64,000 nucleotides of DNA from Acidimicrobiaceae bacterium (GTDB taxonomy: Bacteria; Actinomycetota; Acidimicrobiia; Acidimicrobiales; Bog-793): positions 1,394 to 65,393 of the forward strand of contig PLPK01000018.1 in assembly GCA_003159795.1 (NCBI GenBank), written 5' to 3'. Below, one piece after another: positions 57,515 through 64,000 of this stretch. Made by a program: the position numbers and the translations under genes. Within the stretch, counting starts at the first letter, position 1, and each line of letters starts with the position of its first letter. The notes beneath the pieces are model-generated. The model did not search any database. It was not told the origin of the DNA and saw nothing but the letters and a program-made list of their open reading frames with translations.

Positions 57515-58423
57515 TTAGTCCTCAGCTCGCCCGGTGAGCAGGTCCCGGAGACGCTCGACTCGCAGCCGGACGGTTCCGTCGATAACGAGGTCGCCGACCG
57601 TGACGAGGATCCCACCGATGACGGTCGGATCGATGATTTCGCGCACCTCGACGTCGCGCTCGACGATCCGACTGAGCGCCGCGGCGAGGTGGCTCCTCTC
57701 GGCGGGTCGCAGCGGAACTGCGCTGCGCACCGAGGCTATCCTGCGTCCGCGTTCCTCGGCCGCCAGCTCGACCAGCCATTCGAGCGTCCCGACAAAGTCG
57801 CGCAGCCGCCCCGCCCGCAGCGCGTAGCGCACGAGCCGGACCGTGGCCGTCTGGCAGACGGAACCGAAAAGATCGTCGACGACGGCAACGCGCCCCGCGA
57901 GCGGCAAGTCCGCGTCGGCGAGGGTCCGCCGGAGTGTCCCGTTCGTGTCGAGGAGCCGTGCGATCGCGAAGAGCTCGTCCTCGACCTCGTCTACTTGGCG
58001 CGTGACCAAGAGCTCCTGGAGCACGCGTTCGGCGTAGCCGCGGATCCGCTCCCGCACGACACCTCTCGCGGCCGCCGGCTCCATCTCCACGGGCGCGCCG
58101 GATTCGCACCGCCGACACTCGTCCTCGGCGAGCTCGACGAGGATGGCTACCGAACGCGGCAGCTCCGACGCGTGCTCGGCGCGCACGGCGAACGAGAGCA
58201 GGGCGGCGGTCTCGGGGATCGACTTGCCGGCGAGGAGGTCCTCGACGACCGCGCGTCGCGCGGTCGTCGAGTTCATCGGATCAACGAGGACGAGGCGCAG
58301 CTTCTCAGATGTCGTCAGGACGCGCGCGAACTCCGCGAGATCGCCGCGCAGCGAATCGAGCCGGCCCGCCGACTCCGCCGACTCGATGACCGCTGCGAGG
58401 TAGCCGCGGATGACCTCGCGCAC
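57515..58423 (-). CDS. atpH: F1 ATP synthase delta (OSCP) subunit with a duplicated N-terminal domain (302 aa).
   Basis: The C-terminus IIDPTVIGGILVTVGDLVIDGTVRLRVERL is canonical delta. Two consecutive OSCP-N-like segments align with each other (IRGYLAAVIES...LAEFARVL...ARRAVVEDLLAG versus IRGYAERVLQE...LFAIARLL...AGRVAVVDDLFG). Confidence 0.88.
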   Translation of the reverse strand: MREVIRGYLAAVIESAESAGRLDSLRGDLAEFARVLTTSEKLRLVLVDPMNSTTARRAVVEDLLAGKSIPETAALLSFAVRAEHASELPRSVAILVELAEDECRRCESGAPVEMEPAAARGVVRERIRGYAERVLQELLVTRQVDEVEDELFAIARLLDTNGTLRRTLADADLPLAGRVAVVDDLFGSVCQTATVRLVRYALRAGRLRDFVGTLEWLVELAAEERGRRIASVRSAVPLRPAERSHLAAALSRIVERDVEVREIIDPTVIGGILVTVGDLVIDGTVRLRVERLRDLLTGRAED

Positions 58424-58425
58424 GG

Positions 58426-58941
58426 CTAGCTCGCCCGCTCGGCCTCGGCGGCCGCGATCGCCTCGGCGATGAGACGGTGGTGGTCCCGCTCGTCGAGCTC
58501 GGCGGCAACAACCTTCGCCGCCACGGCGACGACGAGCGCGCCCACCGCGTTGATCTCTTCGGCGCGTATCTGGGCGCGGGCGAGCTCGATCCCGATCCTG
58601 GCGCGGGTCAGCGCGAGCATGTACTCCCCGTCCGCCCGTTCCCGGCCGTTGGCGAGCAGGTGCTCGGCATTGCGCTCAGCCCGGGAGACGATCACCGCCG
58701 CATCCGTCCGGGCACGTTCGAGGGCGGCGGAGCACTCGGAGACAATCCGTTCGGCATCGCGGCGCGCCTTCTCGCTCGCGACGAGCTGAGCGTGGATCGC
58801 CTCCAATCGGGCGCTCATCATTCGCCGCAACTGGGGCATGGGGAACTTGCGGACGACGATGAAGACGATGATGACCAACGCCACCCACTCGAGGATGAAG
58901 CTGAGTCCGAAGTCAGTCGCCGCGAAGACCATGGGCGTCAC
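58426..58941 (-). CDS. atpF: F0 ATP synthase subunit b.
   Basis: It has a single N-terminal TM helix followed by a long Ala/Arg/Glu-rich helix. The GTG start overlaps the stop of the preceding b-like gene (GTGA). Confidence 0.88.
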   Translation of the reverse strand: MTPMVFAATDFGLSFILEWVALVIIVFIVVRKFPMPQLRRMMSARLEAIHAQLVASEKARRDAERIVSECSAALERARTDAAVIVSRAERNAEHLLANGRERADGEYMLALTRARIGIELARAQIRAEEINAVGALVVAVAAKVVAAELDERDHHRLIAEAIAAAEAERAS

Positions 58942-59471
58942 GTCACGCGCCGCTTCGCGGCGTCTGCCTCGGCGAGCTCGGCGGCGATGGTCGCCCGGTG
59001 GCGGTTCGCCTCGAGTCCGCCCCCGACGATCCGCTCGGCCGCCGTCACGACGAGCTCCACCGCCTGGCCCATGACGAGTTCGTGAACGCGGCGCTGCTCG
59101 TCGTCGATGCGCGCCGCCGCCTCGACGACAAGGCGGTCGTGCTCGACCTGGCCGCGGGCGCGTGCATCTTCTATCAGCCCGTCAACTTCCCGCGTCGCCG
59201 CCTCGAGGACGGCACGCGCCCGTTGTCGCGCATCGTCCAGGATGGCGGACCGTTCCCGGCCGAGGCGCACCGCGTCGGCCCGTGCCGCGTCGGTCACGGT
59301 GACGCCCCCGCTCAGTATGCCGGCGCGCTCGTCGAGCACGCGGCGGAGGGAAGGAATGATGAATTTCGCGACCAATCCGAGGATGACGAGGAATATCGCG
59401 AGCTCGACGATGAAGGTGGCATTTGGAACGAGGAAGCTGGCACTCGATCCCGATGAGCTCGCGGTCAACAC
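58938..59471 (-). CDS. atpF: F0 ATP synthase subunit b' (second b-type subunit).
   Basis: The TM helix (FIVELAIFLVILGLVAKFIIP) and coiled-coil architecture fit a b-type subunit. The GTG at 59471 is preceded by AGGAG. The listed ORF start (59552) would overlap atpE. Confidence 0.8.
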   Translation of the reverse strand: MLTASSSGSSASFLVPNATFIVELAIFLVILGLVAKFIIPSLRRVLDERAGILSGGVTVTDAARADAVRLGRERSAILDDARQRARAVLEAATREVDGLIEDARARGQVEHDRLVVEAAARIDDEQRRVHELVMGQAVELVVTAAERIVGGGLEANRHRATIAAELAEADAAKRRVT

Positions 59472-59482
59472 GGTCGCTCCTG

Positions 59483-59743
59483 CTACTTCTTGTAGAGAAC
59501 GAACACGAAGAAGAACATGAAGACGAGGTTGATGAAGTACATCGCCTCGCACAAGGCGACCGTGATGAACATGATCGTGAACAGCCTGCTCTGCGCCTCG
59601 GGCTGGCGCGCGACGCCGGCGATCGTCTGGCTGCCCGCGAGCCCGTCGCCGATGGCCGCGCCGACGGCGCCACCACCGACCATGAGCCCGCCACCGATGA
59701 GCGCGCCAGCGAGCTGGATCGCCTGCTGGGTCGTGTCTGCCAT
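59483..59743 (-). CDS. atpE: F0 ATP synthase subunit c.
   Basis: It forms a two-helix hairpin with a Gly-rich helix 1 ([16 protein letters not shown]), the loop RQPE, and the ion-binding carboxylate in helix 2 (ALCEAMYF). Confidence 0.95.
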   Translation of the reverse strand: MADTTQQAIQLAGALIGGGLMVGGGAVGAAIGDGLAGSQTIAGVARQPEAQSRLFTIMFITVALCEAMYFINLVFMFFFVFVLYKK

Positions 59744-59802
59744 GTGCTTCTCCTGTCGTGGGTCCTAGTGGGTCCTTGGTGATCGGGGGTCTGTGTCCAG
59801 GC

Positions 59803-60534
59803 CTACTCGCTCCCTGCGATCGCCGCTTCGAAGTAGACGATGGTAAGGAGAGCGAAGATGAACGCCTGCATCGGGCCGATCAGCACGCCGGAGAACAGCT
59901 TCCAGACGACGTCGACGAGCGGGATGGGTGCGATCAGTTTGGCCGGGAGCAGGTCGACGGCGAGGAGGAGGAGCACCCCTCCGGCGAAGATGTTGCCGAA
60001 GAGTCGGAAGGCGAGGGTGAACGGCTTGATCAGCTCCTCGATGACGTTGAGCAACACCATGGCCTTGAACGGCTTCAGATAGTGGCCGAGGTAGCGCCGC
60101 AAGCCCTGTTTGCGAATCCAGGTCACGTGCACGAGAACGATGACGAAGAGCGCGAGCGCGGCGGTGAAATTGAGGTCCGCCGCGGGAGGTGGCAGGTACT
60201 GCGGTGAGTGTCCGGTCGGAATCAGTTCGAGCCAGTTGGCGATGAGGATCAGCGCGAACAGCGTGAAGGCGAGGGGGACGATCGGACGGCCGGCTTCGCC
60301 CATCGTGGAGGTGACCTCGCCGTCGACGGCGCTAAGGATCGTCTCGACGGCGAGTTGCAGCCTGCCCGGCACACCCGATGTCGCCTTCGCACGCAAGTAG
60401 AACCCGACACCCAGAACGATCGCCCCCGCGACGAGGGTCGAGAGCACGGTGTCCACGTTGATCGTCTGGCCGAACACCTTCCACGTGATGTGGGTGCCGA
60501 TGTCGATCGTCACCGCGAGCACTCCGGAGCTCAT
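59803..60534 (-). CDS. atpB: F0 ATP synthase subunit a.
   Basis: The conserved stator arginine region LAFRLFGNIFAGG and the polytopic profile fit subunit a. Its start overlaps the atpI stop (ATGA). Confidence 0.95.
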   Translation of the reverse strand: MSSGVLAVTIDIGTHITWKVFGQTINVDTVLSTLVAGAIVLGVGFYLRAKATSGVPGRLQLAVETILSAVDGEVTSTMGEAGRPIVPLAFTLFALILIANWLELIPTGHSPQYLPPPAADLNFTAALALFVIVLVHVTWIRKQGLRRYLGHYLKPFKAMVLLNVIEELIKPFTLAFRLFGNIFAGGVLLLLAVDLLPAKLIAPIPLVDVVWKLFSGVLIGPMQAFIFALLTIVYFEAAIAGSE

Positions 60535-60953
60535 GACACGATCCCCTTGACCTGTTGCAGAAGGGACCGGAGCAGGCTCGCGAGGTAGACGAAGTAGAAG
60601 ACGGCGATCCCACAGGCTGCGCCGAGCCCGACCTGGACCGACGCGAAGGCGAGCCCAACGATGATCGCCGTCGTCGCCGCGAGCCGAACCAAGGTGTTCG
60701 AAGCGAGCACGCGCGTGCGATGCGATCCAGCCCCGGCGCTCAGCTTGGCCGCCGATCGCGAGATGAGGCGGATGTTCGCGAGTCCGAGGGCGAGACCGAT
60801 GCAGCCCCCGACACCGACGAGAACGCGACCAAGCGAAGCCGAGACGCCGAGGGCGACGGCACCGACGACGATGCCCGCCCAGACCGTCCGCCGCACGATG
60901 CGTGCGATCTCCGGCAGCGGCAATTGCTCGAACAATGCTGCTATCCCGTTCAT
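60531..60953 (-). CDS. atpI: ATP synthase protein I (AtpI-like small membrane protein).
   Basis: It is a four-TM small hydrophobic protein immediately upstream of atpB. The start is either ATG at 60953 or the listed 60998. Confidence 0.7.
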   Translation of the reverse strand: MNGIAALFEQLPLPEIARIVRRTVWAGIVVGAVALGVSASLGRVLVGVGGCIGLALGLANIRLISRSAAKLSAGAGSHRTRVLASNTLVRLAATTAIIVGLAFASVQVGLGAACGIAVFYFVYLASLLRSLLQQVKGIVS

Positions 60954-61005
60954 GCTCTTCTCGGTGGCATCTCGTGCGCCGCCCGCCGGCCGCGCCACGG
61001 GGACG

Positions 61006-61209
61006 TTACAGGTAACTCCTGATCTTGACGTAGGCCATCACCACCGCGGCAAACACTCCCACGACAAGTCCCGCGAACGTCACGGCGGTCCCGGCCCCGG
61101 TGGCTTCCCCGATCCAGTAGCCCCCGCCGAAACCGATGGCGACACAGGCCGCGGCGGCCCCACCCAAGCTCGCGAACTCAACATACGTCGGGCCCGTCCG
61201 CCCCGTCAC
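61006..61209 (-). CDS. AtpZ/ATPase_gene1-like small membrane protein (67 aa).
   Basis: It has two Gly/Ala-rich TM helices (LGGAAAACVAIGFGGGYWIG; FAGLVVGVFAAVVMAYV). Its position ahead of atpI is typical of the PF09527 family. Confidence 0.65.
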   Translation of the reverse strand: MTGRTGPTYVEFASLGGAAAACVAIGFGGGYWIGEATGAGTAVTFAGLVVGVFAAVVMAYVKIRSYL

Positions 61210-61216
61210 GCTCGGC

Positions 61217-62608
61217 CTATCCTCTCATCTCGTCACCCGAACCGGCAAAATGCGCAGGTGGCGTGCCAATTCCGGGATCGTCGTGGGACGAGGCCTTCGG
61301 CGCTCGTCCCCGGCGCGCCCGGCGCACGACACGCCGGTGCCGGCGCGTCTTCGGCGAGGCGAGATCCGGCTCGCCCGCCACGGCGACGCCGGCGGCGGTC
61401 GACATCACCACGGAGATCGGCGGCGCCCCGGGCACCTCGCTCGGAACCTCGGCGGTCTCCTCCCCCGCGCCGCCCGCGACCGGCGACGGCTCAGTGGCGC
61501 GCGATCCCGGTAGGAACGCGGTGTAGAGCACCGCCACCAGGAACACCCCGACGAACGGGACGAAGGCGTTGAACCGCAACCCGAAGCTCAGCAGCAGAAC
61601 GAAGACCGACATCACGGCCGTCCAGGCCCACAAGATGAGCACGGCCCTCCGGTGGCCGTGGCCGAGCCGGACGAGACGGTGATGGAGGTGACCGAGGTCG
61701 CGCTCGGCGAACGAAGTCCCGCGCACGGTTCGTCGCACGATCGCGAACACCATGTCGAGTATCGGCACGCCGAGGATGAAGACGGGGATAAAGAGCGGCG
61801 CGAAGCGGAAGAACGTGAGACCGGTGACGTCGGTCGCGGCCGTCCCGTTAGCGGTTGTCCGGCCGCCGATCACCATCGTCGCGGCCGCCATCAACAACCC
61901 GAGGAGGAGCGCTCCTCCGTCGCCCATGAAGACGCGCGCCGGGTGGAAGTTGTGGGGCAGGAATCCGATGCACACGCCGCAGGTGATGGCAGCGACGAGC
62001 GGCCCGAGGTTGTCCGGCGTGAGGTTGCCGAGCACCTCGAGGCGCAGCCCGTAAATGCACAGCGTGCCGGACGCGATCGCGATGATCCCCGCCGCGAGGC
62101 CGTCGAGGCCGTCGATCAGGTTGACGGCGTTCGCCATGACGACGACCCAGATCGCGGTCACGAGCGGCAGGATCGAAGGAGAAAGCACAAAGATCGTGGA
62201 GACGAAGGGGATCTTGAAGTAGTACATCGTGACCCCGAGGAACACGAGAATCATCGACGCGAGGACCTGGCCCGCGACCTTCGCCGGCGGCGAGATGTTG
62301 CGGATATCGTCGACGAGGCCGACGAGGTAGATGACGAGTGCCGCCAATCCGACCCCGATCGGTTCGGAGGAGCCCTTGAAGACGGGCTCGAACGCGCCGA
62401 GCTGGGAGGCCAGGGCCGTGGCGACAGCGAAGCCGAGGAACATCGCCGCGCCGCCGATCGTCGGGACCGGCGCGGCGTGGGGGCGCAGCTCGTCGGGACG
62501 GTCGACCGCGCCGAAACGAACGGCGAGGCGGCGGACCGGGAAGGCGAACAGGTACGTCGCGACCGCCGCCACGGCGAACACGAGCGCGTACTCGCCGTAC
62601 CGGCCCAC
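61217..62608 (-). CDS. wecA: Undecaprenyl-phosphate GlcNAc-1-phosphate transferase (WecA/Rfe, MraY-like) with a ~100-aa low-complexity basic C-terminal tail.
   Basis: It is a polytopic protein with the MraY/WecA motifs NAVNLIDGLDGLA and FMGDGGALLLG. Its location directly upstream of the atp genes matches rfe in mycobacteria. Confidence 0.88.
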   Translation of the reverse strand: MGRYGEYALVFAVAAVATYLFAFPVRRLAVRFGAVDRPDELRPHAAPVPTIGGAAMFLGFAVATALASQLGAFEPVFKGSSEPIGVGLAALVIYLVGLVDDIRNISPPAKVAGQVLASMILVFLGVTMYYFKIPFVSTIFVLSPSILPLVTAIWVVVMANAVNLIDGLDGLAAGIIAIASGTLCIYGLRLEVLGNLTPDNLGPLVAAITCGVCIGFLPHNFHPARVFMGDGGALLLGLLMAAATMVIGGRTTANGTAATDVTGLTFFRFAPLFIPVFILGVPILDMVFAIVRRTVRGTSFAERDLGHLHHRLVRLGHGHRRAVLILWAWTAVMSVFVLLLSFGLRFNAFVPFVGVFLVAVLYTAFLPGSRATEPSPVAGGAGEETAEVPSEVPGAPPISVVMSTAAGVAVAGEPDLASPKTRRHRRVVRRARRGRAPKASSHDDPGIGTPPAHFAGSGDEMRG

Positions 62609-63925
62609 CTAGGGGGACCCGTCTCCCTCGTGTTCCGCTTCCGGGACGGGCCCGAGCGAGCCGTACGGGTCGAACCTGGCGCACATCTCGGCCACCTCGG
62701 CGCGGACGTCGGCAAGGACCGCCTCGTCGTCGCGGTGGCGCAGCACGGTCCCGAGCAGCTCGCCGACCCGCGCCATCTCCGCCTCGCCCATCCCGGCCGT
62801 CGTCTCGGCGGCACTGCCGAGACGCAGGCCGCTCGCCACGAACGGCGACCGGGGGTCGTTCGGGATCTGGTTGCGGTTGCAGGTGATGCCGGTCCGGTCG
62901 AGGACCTCCTGGGCCGCCTTGCCGGTGAGCTCGGGGTCGAAGGAGCGCAGGTCGACGATGACCTGGTGGTTCTCGGTCCCGCCCGCGACGAGGCGGAAAC
63001 CCTCGTTGGCGAGCGATACCGCGAGCGCCGCCGCGTTGCGCAGGACCTGCGCCGCGTACTCCCGGAATGACGGCCGTGCCGCCTCGGCGAAGGCGACCGC
63101 CTTCGCCGCGATGACGTGCTCGAGCGGCCCGCCCTGCAGGCCAGGGAAGACCGCCGCGTCGATCGCGCGGGCACGGTCCATGCCGGTGAGGATGGCCCCG
63201 CCGCGGGGTCCGCGCAGGGTCTTGTGCGTCGTGAACGTGACGACGTCGGCGACCCCGACGGGGCTGGGGTGCAGGCCCGCGGCGATGAGCCCGGCCGGGT
63301 GCGCGGCGTCGAACATGAACATCGCGCCCACCTCGTCGGCGATCGCCCGAAACGGCGCCGGATCGATGAGGCGCGTGTACGCCGTCGTTCCCGCCACGAT
63401 CAGCTTCGGCCGTTCGCGCCGCGCGAGGTCGGCGAGCTGGTCGAGGTCGATCCGCTCGCCCGACCCGTCGGGCTGCGCCGGGGTGACGCCATAGGAGACG
63501 AACCGGTACATCTTCCCCGTCACGCTGGCCGGCGAACCGTGGGTGAGGTGCCCCCCCTGGTCGAGGCGCATCGCGAGGACCGTCTCGCCCGGCTCGATGA
63601 GGGCGAGGTACACGGCGAGGTTTGCCGACGCGCCGGCGTGCGGTTGCACGTTGGCGTGGTCGGCCCCGAACAGCTCCTTCGCGCGCTCACGGGCGAGTTC
63701 CTCGATCTCGTCGGCAAATACGTTGCCGCCGTAGTACCGGCGGCCCGGGTAACCCTCCGAGTACTTGTTCGTCAGCACGGACGCCGTCGCCGCGAGAACA
63801 GCGGGCGAGGTGAAGTTCTCGGAGGCGATCAGCTGGACCGTCGTCCGCTGGCGTCGCAGCTCCGCCGCGAGGATGCGCGCGACCTCGGGGTCGCTTCCCA
63901 GCGCGTCGTGGGGGAGGTCGGTCAC
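62609..63925 (-). CDS. glyA: Serine hydroxymethyltransferase.
   Basis: The motifs [28 protein letters not shown] and [12 protein letters not shown] (PLP lysine) are present. The start is GTG at 63925. Confidence 0.96.
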   Translation of the reverse strand: MTDLPHDALGSDPEVARILAAELRRQRTTVQLIASENFTSPAVLAATASVLTNKYSEGYPGRRYYGGNVFADEIEELARERAKELFGADHANVQPHAGASANLAVYLALIEPGETVLAMRLDQGGHLTHGSPASVTGKMYRFVSYGVTPAQPDGSGERIDLDQLADLARRERPKLIVAGTTAYTRLIDPAPFRAIADEVGAMFMFDAAHPAGLIAAGLHPSPVGVADVVTFTTHKTLRGPRGGAILTGMDRARAIDAAVFPGLQGGPLEHVIAAKAVAFAEAARPSFREYAAQVLRNAAALAVSLANEGFRLVAGGTENHQVIVDLRSFDPELTGKAAQEVLDRTGITCNRNQIPNDPRSPFVASGLRLGSAAETTAGMGEAEMARVGELLGTVLRHRDDEAVLADVRAEVAEMCARFDPYGSLGPVPEAEHEGDGSP

Positions 63926-64000
63926 CAGCTCTCCTCGAGCTGTGCGATTTTGGCGAGCCGCGGGATGTGGCGACCGCCCCCGAATGAGGTCGCCAGAAAG
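63922..64000 (-). CDS. rpiB: Ribose-5-phosphate isomerase B (LacAB/RpiB family). Only the C-terminal 25 codons are present; the gene begins beyond the window end.
   Basis: The minus-strand translation ...[25 protein letters not shown] matches the RpiB C-terminal signature (F.GGRH..R...I). Its stop overlaps the glyA GTG (GTGA). Confidence 0.6.
   Translation of the reverse strand, partial: FLATSFGGGRHIPRLAKIAQLEESW

Overview
This is 64 kb of very GC-rich bacterial chromosome (about two-thirds to 70% G+C by eye, with strong GC3 bias). Gene content and order are Actinomycetota-like: wecA-atp operon-murA; cysteine desulfurase-mnmA-ligA; gatCAB-ilvD-ilvBNC-serA-leuA, and leuB/leuCD. The window is almost entirely coding, with roughly 55 real genes, mostly on the minus strand. 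Many long ORFs in the six-frame track are antisense or out-of-frame shadows typical of high-GC DNA. I trimmed several listed ORFs to internal starts supported by Shine-Dalgarno (SD) sequences and by family N-termini. From left to right the window holds: a branched-chain amino-acid ABC importer (partial ATPase, fused LivH/LivM permease, lipoprotein binding protein); an HDAC-family deacetylase; a two-gene accessory cassette next to a truncated DinB/DUF664 remnant; alpha-glucan genes (GDE-type debranching enzyme, GT4 transferase, and later treS-mak); HtrA; an ABC-F ATPase; CFA synthase; most of the branched-chain amino-acid pathway (ilvE, leuB, leuCD, leuA, ilvBNC, ilvD) plus serA, serC and an aspartate-type aminotransferase; greA; a REC-PAS-GGDEF-EAL protein; a secreted beta-helix/Ig-like repeat protein wedged between ilvBNC and ilvD; gatCAB; ligA; mnmA and a cysteine desulfurase; murA; and a very compact rpiB-glyA-wecA-atpZ-atpI-atpB-E-F'-F-H-A-G-D-C string that ends in a 2H-phosphoesterase/GNAT fusion gene. 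I recognised no rRNA, tRNA, CRISPR array, transposase or integrase. The best candidate for something undescribed is the accessory cassette at 4925-7093: a beta-class SPPY DNA methyltransferase translationally coupled to an AlbA_2/Schlafen-like protein whose C-terminal two-thirds I cannot assign. Other points worth a second look are: leader-peptide attenuators upstream of leuA and ilvB; an in-frame 51-bp tandem repeat that builds a C-terminal tail on ATP synthase alpha; a delta subunit with a duplicated N-domain; the atpC-coupled 2H/GNAT fusion; an apparently decayed membrane-protein gene in the leuD-leuA spacer; and about 365 bp of unexplained non-coding DNA upstream of the beta-helix gene. 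All family calls rest on motif recognition by eye. No database search was run.
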